A stretch of DNA of 63,757 nucleotides, filler included, from Neophaeotheca triangularis (GCA_054600435.1; 5 parts of 5 records of this genome joined end to end with filler, not necessarily neighbours in it); one strand, 5' to 3'. Positions 11,004 through 22,442 are shown, numbered from the whole stretch's first letter. The notes: generated by a model not told the origin, from the letters alone. Numbers and translations: made by a program.

Positions 11004-11896
11004 GTCGATGGTGATTGAGAAAGAAGCATCAACATACAGCCGAGGACACTCGACGACTATTTGACCAGCGTGAAGCAGTACTATTGAATACGAAGGATGG
11101 TGAGTGCGGAGTAAGGTATAAAGTTAGAGCAAGAAGCAGAGCTCGACGGGCATAATTTTCCGTTCTCTTAACGGAATCTCAGACAAGGACCCTCGCAATG
11201 ACCTATCCCAAAACGATTCGTTGCTGGTTTCCTACCTAGGCACGCTATTATTGCGTGCTATTACCACTCCTGATACAACATCGCGAGGGGTATCTTGGCA
11301 CACCCGTCGATTGCCGGGCATAATGCGGGAGACTCGGATGTGAGACCAAATGTCTACCTGCTACTGCGCCTTATAAGAGTGCGCTGTATGGCAAACTGCA
11401 TCCATGGTAACTCTCGATCACGGCACGACGGACCTGCGACATGCAACCGGAGCATTACATAGGAAGGCTAAAGGTGGCTCGCGGACGCGCAATGCTGTAG
11501 CGGACGCGCTCCTCGATGAAGACGGGGGTTCTTTGCGTGGGCTCGCCGTGGTGATGCCTGTACATATTTGACAGAGCTGAGAAGACTACTATGCACTCTT
11601 GTCGGCTACATTAAACGTTGACTTCCCCATTAACAGCTCTATGTGGTGAAGTATTGTAAGCATTCCAAGGTATGTACAGCGATATCGGCAATCTCTATAC
11701 TGCCCCGCATGTCGCGAGGTGGGGGATGCTTCATTATTGCCTAGTACCTACCTAATACCTACCTAGGCTAGGTAGGTAGGCAGTGAGGCGACTGACTAAC
11801 TGCTTACAAATGGGAAGATACCTTAATATTATACTACAACGACGATACCTACGGATCCTCATCTACCAAGGCTAGCCGTTTCACAAAACCAGCCAC

Positions 11897-12652
11897 ATGC
11901 ACGCTGTCCGGTTGACGATTAGAAAAGGTCTCCAATCTCCTAGTCGTCTTCACACTTTTTCCATCCCTAGCATCTTACGAGCAAGTACACCTCATTTTCA
12001 CCATTTCCACAGCTCTCCTGTATCTACGAAGCCCAGGATAATACTACCGTCGGCTTCGCCACCACGAACTTCTATCAATCGTCAAAAGGCTCAAAACAAC
12101 CCCCTCAAGCTTCACAGCACAGCCAGCACCATGTCCACCTCTTTCCCACCCTCGGAAATCCTCCCCATTCTAACCGAAGTCACCGAGCTCCTCAAATCAA
12201 CCAACACGACCATCTCGATAGCGGAAACAGCAGCAGGCGGCCTGCTCTCCTCCTGTCTCCTCTCCCAGCCAGGCGCGAGCAAATACTACAAAGGTGGTCT
12301 CTGCCTGTACACGCTGCCCAGCCGCATCGCTTATGCGGGCTGGACGCAGGAGAGCATCAAAGACTACAAGGGCCCTACCACGGATATTGTCAAGGGTTTG
12401 GCCGAGCATGTGAGAGGCGATCTGGGGAGCACATATACGCTTGCGGAGAGCGGGACTGCGGGTCCCACGGGTGGTGATACGCCGAATAGAACGCCGGGGT
12501 TTGTGGCTTTGGCTGTAGCGCACGAGGGCGGGACGCAGACGAAGGATCTGAATACGGGGCTGGGTGGGGATAGGGTTGGGAATATGGTGAGGTTTGCTGT
12601 GGAGGGGCTGACGCTGCTGAGGGATGTTATCGCGAAGGAGGCTAAGCTTTGA
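11897..12652 (+). CDS. CinA C-terminal (PncC-like) domain protein; second in-frame ATG at 12131
   Basis: TISIAETAAGGLLS...PGASKYYKGG...ESGTAGPTGG...PGFVALAV...DRVGNM matches the CinA C-terminal domain pattern. Confidence 0.88.
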   Translation: MHAVRLTIRKGLQSPSRLHTFSIPSILRASTPHFHHFHSSPVSTKPRIILPSASPPRTSINRQKAQNNPLKLHSTASTMSTSFPPSEILPILTEVTELLKSTNTTISIAETAAGGLLSSCLLSQPGASKYYKGGLCLYTLPSRIAYAGWTQESIKDYKGPTTDIVKGLAEHVRGDLGSTYTLAESGTAGPTGGDTPNRTPGFVALAVAHEGGTQTKDLNTGLGGDRVGNMVRFAVEGLTLLRDVIAKEAKL

Positions 12653-12777
12653 GTGTGGTCACTGGATATCGATAGGCGAGGACTTGCCCCTTGGAAATCG
12701 TGTGGGGTCGCTTGCCCCTAGGTGCAATGTTGGGAAATGTAGGAGCTGTATTGATATGCTTCCCAGGAAGACGCCCT

Positions 12778-14742
12778 TCACACCGCGTCCGAGCTCACCG
12801 TGGCATTCTCCTCCAACCAATTCTGCGCAATCTGCATCAACTCGCACACCGAATGAAACACAGTTCTAGCATGGAACTCATTCGGCAAAGTCTCGTTCGC
12901 ACCAGTCAAACCTCCATTCCTTCTTCCCAACCGATCCGAATGCCATCTAATCTTCTCCTTTTTCAAGATGTCCACGAGCTGCTTGACCTGTCGATAAAAC
13001 GCCGTGGATTTGTCGAAGCCCATTGCCATCCGGCCGGCAATCTCGGGGTAGGCTGGTGTCATGTCGACAACGCCGAGGAAGAATGTCGTGACGTTGGCTT
13101 TTGCTATGTCGTCGCGAGACCAGTTGTCTACTCGTGGGAGGTCTGGAGCCCAGAGACTGGAGAAGTCGTCTAGACTTGCTGCTTCCAATGCACGCGCTGG
13201 GTATGGGATGTTGGGGTCGTTGTGAGGAAGAGAGTTCCAGCTATTGTCGTAGATGGCGAAGATGCGCTTGGCCTCCTCGGCCAAGAGCGCGTTATATGGC
13301 GGAGGCTGATGGGGCGGTGTATAGTGTCCGGGGACCTCAGAGTCAGCGTAAGTTTGCTGATAGTACGATCCGGGCCCGTAAAATGGGTGATTGTACACGT
13401 GGGAGTGGCTTCGACTGGAAGAACCAAAGGTGAACGCGCCAATGTTGGTCGGATTAGTCAATCTCTCAGAATGATAAGAAGCGTGAGGCTCCCAGCCTGT
13501 ATAGTTGAGAATCGGCGCAGCGGTTAGAGGGCTGATATTGCGATCCTGAATGTTGTCAGGCTCTAGGGGATGCTGCTGCTGTCGCATGGCGTTGAGCACT
13601 TGTTCGAACGCTTGTGTCGACGGATTGTGATCGGTATGCTGCGAACCGCGTCGAGTAGAAGCCTCCGACACACTTGGTCTCGCACATCTCGGAGCAGCAC
13701 GTCTAGTCGATGGGTGGTTCGGAGGCAAAGTGTACAGTCGAGGCTCTTCCTCATCGTTGCTATGGCTCTGGGTACTCATTGATGCGACAGACTCAGAGTC
13801 GGCTTCGATGCGGCTTCGGGAGGCACGTATCGATGGCCTGGAGCCTTGGCGGCTGCCTCGTTGTGAAGCTGTGCGCGGTTGGCTCATTTGACGTTTGAGT
13901 GGCCGCTGAGATTCTCTCCGCTGACGAGCTTGTAATTTGTCAAGCTTGTCCTCTTCTCTCCAAAGCGTTTCGAAAAACCTGCGAGTTCGCTTCTGGTGTC
14001 GCCGAATCTCGGACTCCCAGTCCAGAATTTGTCGTCTATCGAAGCTTGATGGATGGCGCTGCGCTCGGTTAAACAATGCTTTGATGGGCTGAACGTCCGT
14101 TTGATCTGCTTGAATACATCGTTCTAGCTCATCGATACGGTTTGTGAGGTATTCTTCCTCGACGCTATCCGCATACCTCTCGAGCGACTCGGTTGATGAC
14201 ATTTCTGTACGATTCGGGCTTGTTGGAATAGTCCCGCGTCGGTGAGAGGCTTTTTCCAGTCGCTTCGATCTGCCCGTCAGTCTAGCCGCGAGGCTAGACA
14301 GCATTGAACGGAAGCCAAGTATATGGCTATGTTCATAGTCAGTGCTGTCGTTAGGCCCATCGAAGTACTTTTGGGCGTTCGGATTCGACTGCTCTACTTG
14401 TCGGGACGAAATTCTCTGTGACCTGTGTCGCAGCAATGGTATTATATTTCCGTCATCTACGTGAATGTCCTCTGGCAGAGTGTGCGAAAACTCCGGCAGC
14501 CGACGAGCAGGAGGGTCATGATATCTGCTGTGTGACTGAATGCGTCTTCTTAGTCCGCGTGCAGAAAGTCGGTTGGTTGGAAAGCGATTTGTAGTGATTG
14601 TGACTGATTCATAGGTGACCTCGACCAAGTCATCGTCGCGATAGTGTCTTCGACGGGTGCTGTGTTGACAATTTGGAGTGTGCCCTATCCAAGGAGTGCG
14701 CTCATCTTGGCCGAACAGCTGGAGGTCGGTCGCAGCAACCAT
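12778..14742 (-). CDS. Hypothetical protein with coiled coil and C-terminal RWHSDR (J-domain-like) motif
   Basis: 654-aa open ORF; predicted coiled coil (YLTNRIDELE...LQARQRRE); C-terminal IPYP...LKKEKIRWHSDRL. Confidence 0.7.
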   Translation of the reverse strand: MVAATDLQLFGQDERTPWIGHTPNCQHSTRRRHYRDDDLVEVTYESVTITTNRFPTNRLSARGLRRRIQSHSRYHDPPARRLPEFSHTLPEDIHVDDGNIIPLLRHRSQRISSRQVEQSNPNAQKYFDGPNDSTDYEHSHILGFRSMLSSLAARLTGRSKRLEKASHRRGTIPTSPNRTEMSSTESLERYADSVEEEYLTNRIDELERCIQADQTDVQPIKALFNRAQRHPSSFDRRQILDWESEIRRHQKRTRRFFETLWREEDKLDKLQARQRRESQRPLKRQMSQPRTASQRGSRQGSRPSIRASRSRIEADSESVASMSTQSHSNDEEEPRLYTLPPNHPSTRRAAPRCARPSVSEASTRRGSQHTDHNPSTQAFEQVLNAMRQQQHPLEPDNIQDRNISPLTAAPILNYTGWEPHASYHSERLTNPTNIGAFTFGSSSRSHSHVYNHPFYGPGSYYQQTYADSEVPGHYTPPHQPPPYNALLAEEAKRIFAIYDNSWNSLPHNDPNIPYPARALEAASLDDFSSLWAPDLPRVDNWSRDDIAKANVTTFFLGVVDMTPAYPEIAGRMAMGFDKSTAFYRQVKQLVDILKKEKIRWHSDRLGRRNGGLTGANETLPNEFHARTVFHSVCELMQIAQNWLEENATVSSDAV

Positions 14743-15393
14743 AACAGAAGGTATCCAGGGACTGGCTTGAGACTAGGTAGTTACAGAAAATGGTCGACCG
14801 ACTGTCGGATGCCAGGGATTTATTGAGGATGAAGTGTCTTTTACGGCTTAGGTTGCATATTAATGGTGGGATAAAAGAACGTGGACTTCACTCAAGTGCG
14901 TATAGCATTGTGAACATCTCCGAAACTGATAAACCCTGGGTACTCCAAGCACACTTATTGTAGCTTCCCTAAGAAGGGATTACGGGAGGCTCGTCGGGAG
15001 CAATACGACGCTGTGCTGGCAAGAGGAGCCTCCGGCCAAAACAAGTGGTACGCCATGTTTGCTAGCGGGTACATAAGCATTCGTAAGTCAGTATATCGAC
15101 TGGCTGCCGATGGTCTGTGAACCAGTAGTGAAACACCATAACGTGCCGCAGGTCGTACTTCTCAAAGTAAAGCAAACTGCCAGCGTGCTGTGCCTCCGGC
15201 TTTGAAAAGGAAGACATTGGAAAGGCTGTCGTCTGCGGACGTCCAGCCCTGCACTAGCGCCGTCGCGTCCTGACCAATGAGAGGGGCACTTACTTTGCGC
15301 TACTGGACTCCAATCATCACCTTCATGAGACGACATGCTCAAGTCTTCTGTTCACACTGACAAGGTCAACAACGAAGACTCAAATTGCACGAA

Positions 15394-16149
15394 ATGGCTC
15401 CTACCAATATTCAGCTAACCGGACTGCTACGTGCGCCTTCGTCTATTCGGCCCCTGCTGTTCCACCAGCAACGAGCAAGCTACTACTCCTACGAACATAC
15501 TGCACCTCCCACCTATCCGGAAGCCGAGACAGCCATACTATCCGCAGCCCTTACTCACGTGCCGAAGTTTGGTTTCACACAAGAATCTCTCGCATTGGGA
15601 GCCAAGGAAGCCGGGTACCTTGATGTCTCGACCAACCTCTTCCCAAAAGGCGCCTTCGACTTGGTCAAATTCTACATGGTGACGCAACGACTCGCGCTCA
15701 AGGATCGCATACACTTCCCGGATGAAAAGTTGAGTGTAGGCAAGAAGGTTCGATCTCTGGTGCTAGAGAGGCTACGAGCGAACGCAGATGCCCAGGTCGT
15801 CGGAAAATGGCAGGAAGCACTGGCTCTCATGTCGCTCGCTGGCAACATACCGCCCTCGCTCAAAGAGCTGGGGTTGCTCAGTGATGAGATCTGGTTCCTC
15901 GCTGGTGATACGAGCGTTGATACGTCTTGGTATACGAAGCGCGCGAGCTTGTCCTCCGTCTATGCTGCGACGGAGACTTATCAGACGACAGATCAGAGCA
16001 CCGATTTTAGGGATACTGAGGCGTTCTTGGATAGGAGGCTGGAGGAGCTGAGAGTCGTGGGAGGTGCTGTGAGCAATACTGCGCAGTGGGCTGGCTTTCA
16101 GGGATCGGCCTTTGTGAATCTGCTGAGAAGCAAAGGAGTTAGGATCTGA
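15394..16149 (+). CDS. COQ9: Ubiquinone biosynthesis protein Coq9, mitochondrial
   Basis: ILSAALTHVPKFGFT and LSDEIWFLAGDTSVDTSWYTKRASLS signatures; Arg-rich N-terminal presequence. Confidence 0.95.
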   Translation: MAPTNIQLTGLLRAPSSIRPLLFHQQRASYYSYEHTAPPTYPEAETAILSAALTHVPKFGFTQESLALGAKEAGYLDVSTNLFPKGAFDLVKFYMVTQRLALKDRIHFPDEKLSVGKKVRSLVLERLRANADAQVVGKWQEALALMSLAGNIPPSLKELGLLSDEIWFLAGDTSVDTSWYTKRASLSSVYAATETYQTTDQSTDFRDTEAFLDRRLEELRVVGGAVSNTAQWAGFQGSAFVNLLRSKGVRI

Positions 16150-19042
16150 GGGCAAGCAAATGCTGCGAAGTGGCTTTGGCAAAGGTCGCGGATTGTCCTT
16201 GATGCTCAGTTGATGGGGAATCCCAAGAGACGTCAATGGGCCGTAGGCCAGGATGATCCCGCTTCAGCAACGGCACATTCAATGCACAGGACGTCGCCAA
16301 CATTCCCGACCGCAGTCGAAACCCCGCACATGTCCCAGGCCTGCCGGAGACTTGCGACCTACGTCACGGACATTGCTCTTGGGACTATTGCTGCCGCCGA
16401 TAGCTGGTACGATTGAACATGCTAGTAGACAACGTCTCTCACTTATGAGCCGGAACTTTGTCCCGTTCACAGCTCTTCCGTCATCTCGCATCCAAGATCC
16501 AAGAGTTGCACGCAGAATTGTCAAGAGGATGAGTGCAATTGACCGCCAAATCTGCGGCCTCTTCGCCAAGACATACAATCACCTCGCCGGTGTCCAACAG
16601 CATGCGTCTCGACAATTGATACGCGGTTACTGCTACGGCCGCGGCTACTTGTCGGCTTTCGAGAAACTGCGAGGCGCACAAGATCAAGCGAGTCTTCGTC
16701 CAGATTGTCGCAAACTAGTCGCTACGATGATGCGATCGCGCAGCTAAGCCAAATTCTGCCGATACTTTGGAAGGAGAACGACCCGGCTGCATGGGGTGAC
16801 ATTGTCGCGATTATGGGTTACATATAGTGTGAGCGAGGGTCTCGCCTCGAGAAGTACCGTCTTACCGGGCGTGAGGTTGGTTTAGTGTACTGGAAGCGAA
16901 AGGCTCCTACAGCACTCAGCCGCTAACCTTACCAGATGCAATACTTGCAGTGAGATACGTAGCTCGGAAAACACCTGGTATTGATGACGATAACCGAATA
17001 CATTCGGCGCGTATGGCACGATATTCGTTGTACGGATAAGGCTCATATTTCAAAACAACTACCGGATTTGCACGCTCTTTCGCTACTGCTATTGTTTCCG
17101 ATTGCCTCCGTGACGATGGAAAGGTTTGCTGGAGTCTTCGCCATTCAAGTGAGGCTGACCTCAGCTGTTACGCCTCTGCTAATGCAACTTGTACGACAGT
17201 CTCCAATTTCTCCCCTCCAGTATTCAATGAGGCGTTTGTGGAAGATGCATCTACCGATCTCTTTTGCTGTTTGTCGGGATACAACGCATGCAGGGAAGCG
17301 AGGTGAGGAACCAGGATCATGCAATTTACTAAGGACATTCGAACCGAAGCGATCTCTACCTCTCTCAGCCAATACATTGAAGCCCGGTTTATCGTGTGCG
17401 AAGCACAACAAATTCCTTGGATAGCGATTCAATCGTCCTGCACGTGCTATGGCAGAGCATATCCATACCTCAGGTCCTCAGCGGCTCTATAAAAACCGGT
17501 CTTTCGTGGGATACGGCTACAGCAATGACTCTTTTGGCTTTAGGGGCTTCGAAATAGCACTTTCACAGTCCGATGATTGAAATTATGCACAAGAGCGAAA
17601 GGCACAAGCCGATGAGTCCTTGGGTGATGATGTCCGTCTGGATCGTGAACAGCGTACCTGATCATGTTGAGCTCTGGTGGGGGTGAAGTTTTGCAGGAAG
17701 ACAAGGGCTGCATGCTGAGCTCGGTCAATGCCCTGTCTCAGTGACTAGGTTCTGGCTCTACATGGGGCGGGGAGGCGGCTGGCAATGGGAAGTACTTCAA
17801 GGCGGAGGGAAGGGGATCTTTAGCATGGAGAGAACAATAGTTGGCCCAAGGCTAAACGAGCCCGCGCTCTTGGGACCATGGTACATGACTCCGGCATCAC
17901 ATCAGGCAACTGACTGCTCCACTACCGCATCGAACTCTGATGGCGCCTTTTCCGAAGAAGTCCAGATTGATCATCAAGGTGGCAGGACCATGGTATTCCC
18001 CATGGGGAAAGGGTGAAAGCAACATGGATTTGTCGACATCTGATAAGGTATTGACCTACATGTACCAGAAGGTACATGGCTGACTTGTAAACATTATGGC
18101 GCGTTGTTGTGGTGGGATTACACTTTGGTTGAATGCAACGCAGTCGAATCGAGAAGTCCGACTTTGCAGTTTCCAGCCAGCTTCAGTATTATTTCTTCCG
18201 TATCTAGGTAGGTAACGTTAGGCCCTGGAGGTACTCTCCGAGAATGCCTTTGCGTCTGTATATCACTTCAGGCCTGGCATACTCCCGAGCTATCTACCTA
18301 CCTACCTACAAGCACCTGTTCTCGACGGGCTGTCAACGGTAGATGGTGACATCAACGCCGGTACATGACTTGCCTATCGTCAAGGAACCAGAGTCCACCG
18401 CTCCCTATGCCCTTGTAATGTGATAATCCCGGGGTCCAGAAAGTGTAACAAGACAAGGTGATAAATATATGATGGCGGCGGTGAACAGCCCAGCGCCAAA
18501 GCGCGGGGAAGACGTGGAAGTGTGGGGAGGTTGGATGCTTGAGCCCTTGCAGGTTACAGGCTGCGGCCCCGGCGCATCGGAGAAGGGCGGCTGCAACATT
18601 AATTAGGAGGTATCGAACAGGGGGAGGCCCAGCCGCTCGCCACGTTTGCTTGTGTCATGCCAGAGTATGCGCAGGAGTTCTGAGTTGGTGGAGTCAGGAG
18701 TGGTAACGTTGTTTATCGTGAATCGTGATACAGTTACATGTACGTCGTGTTAATAATGAGCCGTGCCAGTATCGGCGGGGCCAACAAGAAACACGGGGCG
18801 ATGCGTGTCGACTGTCGGGTTGTGGAGATCAGGTACCTTACTGGTACTAGGCACTACTCTCGCTGCTACTACTGTAAGAGCTATCATCTCCACGTTTGTC
18901 AATGTTACTATTATTTTACTTGGGCTCGCAAGCAAAAGCGTCGCAACGCAGTATCCCCGCAAAAAAGAAGCAATCACTCAATAATACAGTAATGCTTCCA
19001 GAACCCTCCACTTCATTGAAGAAGCCAACCATTCCCCCCCCC

Positions 19043-19142
19043 NNNNNNNNNNNNNNNNNNNNNNNNNNNNNNNNNNNNNNNNNNNNTTAATTAATTAANN
19101 NNNNNNNNNNNNNNNNNNNNNNNNNNNNNNNNNNNNNNNNNN
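19043..19142. other. Artificial scaffold spacer (N44-TTAATTAATTAA-N44)
   Basis: 100-nt N-run containing a six-frame stop linker; identical at four places. Confidence 0.99.
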
Positions 19143-19189
19143 CCCCCCCTTCCCTCAAGTCACCCGCATGCGTACTGACAACACCTCAG

Positions 19190-20808
19190 TCGAGTACCGG
19201 CAGAATGCTGTCAAGACCGCCATCGCTATTGTAGCTGGAGGCTATCACACGGCGTTGCTGTCGTATTTTATCAACATCGACCTGTTTCCCGCATTGATGA
19301 AGGTGAGGAAAGTCTCCAAACAATGCACACGACCATCACTGACAATCTCCCAGCTCGTCCACCAGCTCGATCATGCCCTCCAAGCATCTCAGCCCTTCCT
19401 CCTCGCCGGGCTCCTAGCCAACTACAACAAATTCGAAGTCCACAACCAATACCGCGTGCGCTTCGCCGACTTTGTCAATGAAGAAACCATGCACAAAGTC
19501 ATATCCTCAATCAACTGGGCATGCATCCTGCTCCGCGACAAGTACATCGCCATCCTCGACGACACCCCTGCAGGCTGGAGCATCGGTAACACCCTCTCCT
19601 ATGTCGGCCTGGGAGCGATAGCCGGCGCCAAGCCCACCCAACCAACTCTAACCGAAGACCAACAACGCACCCTGTTCGCCGCCCAGCCCGGTCCGGAAGC
19701 CGCTTCACTCCTCGCCCTCTACGACTTCACAGCCGCCAATCCGCTTTTCTCCCGCACCTTCATAACCGCGCCCTCACCGGACTCCAAAACAACTCCCTGC
19801 CCTTTCGCAGCCTTCCTATCTCTAACCTCCTACCTCCACCTCCACGCCCATCGCAACCCCCGCACCTCCCTCTACGCCCACCTCACCCTTCTGACTCTCC
19901 TAACGCTCACCTCTACCCCCTCCACCGCCAACCTCCTAACCACCACCACCTCCCCACCCGTCCGTCTCTGCCGCCAACGCGCCCCCTACCTCCCGCTCCC
20001 CCGATCCCCCTCAATCCCTATTCCATACATCTCCACCCTCCTCTCCCTCCTAACCAACACCCTCACCCACAACCTCTCCAAAACCCTCTCAACCTCCCTC
20101 TACACCCTCACCCTCACCCTCCTCCACCAACTCCTCCTCCACCTCACCTCCAAAAACCTCAAACCCCCTCACCCCCACTACCCCGACCTCTGGCGCGCTC
20201 TCCTCGCCTTCGTCCGCTTCCTCAACACCTACCCCACTGAGTTAAAGACACTACCAGACACCGCCGACCTCGTGCAAAAACTCACCGACCTTCTCGCTCT
20301 CGCCGTAACCGCGGGCGACATCTTCTGCCCAGAGGAAAAGGATTTCGACGACCTGCTGTACAAAGTCGTCGAGAGCGGCGAAGCTCTCCAAACTCTTGGG
20401 AAAACGTACCCTTTGGTCAAAACGAGCGGCAAAGGAGGTAGTCTGACCGTGGTGCTGCAAGTGGTGGACCATTACAACTCCCTTCTGCGGCAGAAAGCCG
20501 GCGGCAACACCAACACCAAGACCAAAACCCCTGACGATGACTCGGGTAAGGCTGCGGCGGCGGCGGCGGCGGTGGGTACGCTCACTCCCACTGAGGTTGG
20601 CAAAGTTATTAAAGCTGGGTTTGAGGGTTTGGACTTGGAGGGGAAGAGGGAGGTTTTGCTTGGGGAGGGGAGGGGCAAAGGGGTTGAGGGAGGGTTGAGG
20701 GGGTACAGGGAGGGCGAGTTTAGGGGTTTGTTGAAGCGGGTTGCTAAGGTTGTTGTGGCGGATGTTGGGGGGGTTTTGGGAGGTGGTGGTAGCGGTGTTA
20801 GGGGTTAA
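19190..20808 (+). CDS. ARMH3 / C10orf76 / DUF1741 armadillo-like protein, 5'-truncated by the gap
   Basis: LANYNKFEVHNQYRVRFADFVNE, VRLCRQRAPYLP and GDIFC...DDLLYKVVE motifs; branch point and acceptor at 19173-19189; intron 19303-19353. Confidence 0.85.
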
Positions 20809-21623
20809 GGGACGGGGGTTTGAGGAGGGCAAGGCCGCGGATGTCGGGTATAGGGCAGGTGCGTCGAATACTTGGGGTAGAGGACAAGCAAGGGTTTTGA
20901 TGGAAGTGGTCGTGATCAGCGACAACTGGGTTGTTCTTGTAGTACGCAGACGGGGCCACCTGGCTCGATCCATTAACTCACCGTTCCTGCAGCGAAGTGA
21001 TTGCTTTTATGACTAGGGCGTTTCCCAGGCTGTACTCTTCGCTATCATACTTTGCTTTAGAGATTGTGAAGCCTTCACGCCGGCCAAGTGCTTTTTACTG
21101 TAGCTTTGAAGCCCCGGCGTGTAGTGACCAGGTCGTGTCTTCTCTGCTATCTACGGGGGAAGATGTCGTACATATGGTTTGCGTGGACAGGAAGCTGGAC
21201 TCGTGGTTGGGAGTGTTTTGCTATTGGTTCTGGGAGGGGTTTGCTGGCGCTACGGTTTTTCTGGTTGAGCGAGAATTTGGAGAAACGCGGAGCTGCTGAT
21301 CGCATGTATCGTCGTTATTTCCACTGGCTACGATCTGTATCAGTGAGTACTACATCTGCATTCTTCGATTACCGACTCGTTGCTGATAAGGTATGGTCGG
21401 TGCTCGACCCTTGGGGGGCGAGACAAAGTGAAAGCCAAGCCAAGCCCGTCGACTCGACCGGTTTCGGCGCCTCCGATGATCCATGCATCTACTTCATCCC
21501 GTCCTGCTTCTCGAGTCCTTGATGACTTCAACCCCTTCCACACCTCTTTCCTTTCCCACTTACTAACTTAGAAGTCGACAACAATACCACACACTCCAAA
21601 GAATACCAAATACCCAACCAACA

Positions 21624-22157
21624 ATGCAACCAACACTCAAAGCAACGCGCACGATGCGCCCGGGCTTCTTTCGCCGCACCTTCGCAACGACAACTCCCAC
21701 GCCCTCCTCCTGGTCCACGGGCCCGTCGCCCCCGCGCCTCCCAAAAGAAGAGCAAGAAATCTTCGAAAAGCTGCAAAAGCAATCCACCGGCGCCTTCAGC
21801 ACCCCGCGCTCCGCAACCTCCCCCACAGACCCCTCGCCACCGACCAAAAACCCCACGTCCGCAGACCTGCCCGATGCGCTGAAGTCTTACCCGCAAGCGG
21901 AGCACTCTTCTTCTTCTTCTTCTTCTTCGTCGGGCGACGAGGCAAAGGATATGTTGGCGCAGTTGAGGGAGCGCGCGCAGTTGGCTGCTAAGGGCGATGG
22001 GGAGGAGTTGCATCCGAATGTTCGGAGGGGTGCGCCACCGGAGTTTGAGGGCGAGAGGAATCCCAAGACTGGGGAGGTTGGGGGGCCGAAGAATGATCCG
22101 CTTAGGTGGGGAGGTGAGGCGGATTGGAGTTATAATGGGCGGGTCACGGATTTTTAG
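21624..22157 (+). CDS. SDH8: Succinate dehydrogenase assembly factor 4 (Sdh8, DUF1674)
   Basis: PPRLPKEEQEIFE and C-terminal EFEGERNPKTGEVGGPKNDPLRWG..DWSYNGRVTDF; mitochondrial presequence. Confidence 0.93.
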   Translation: MQPTLKATRTMRPGFFRRTFATTTPTPSSWSTGPSPPRLPKEEQEIFEKLQKQSTGAFSTPRSATSPTDPSPPTKNPTSADLPDALKSYPQAEHSSSSSSSSSGDEAKDMLAQLRERAQLAAKGDGEELHPNVRRGAPPEFEGERNPKTGEVGGPKNDPLRWGGEADWSYNGRVTDF

Positions 22158-22442
22158 GGTTCGGAGGGGGCGGTGCGGTATCGAAGCGGGTGGTGGGTGG
22201 GGGGTTGAGTGGTATTCTGTTTCTGTCGAGCCTGATACGGGAGGGGAGAGGGAGGAGTAGTGGACTCGATGGAAGGGCGGCAGGCTAGTAGTGTTGGGGG
22301 GGAGTCACAGTGGCGTTAGTTCATTGCCGTGTACAGTATGTTGTAGGACTATCTAGTATGCCCCCCTTCACTTTATGTCCCGTTCACTTTATGGACGTTG
22401 GTGTATCAAGGTAAGGTAAGGTAGGTGCGCGTTAGCTATTTC

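Noticed and set aside
9768..12652. TauD plus CinA (or MFS plus amidohydrolase) as a secondary-metabolite cluster
   Set aside because: There is no backbone synthase or cluster regulator, and the neighbours are housekeeping genes.
16150..19042. Short ORFs between COQ9 and the first gap
   Set aside because: No motif, codon bias or consistent splice structure could be established.
19087..19098. TTAATTAATTAA palindrome recurring four times
   Set aside because: It is always centred in identical N-runs: an assembly linker, not biology.
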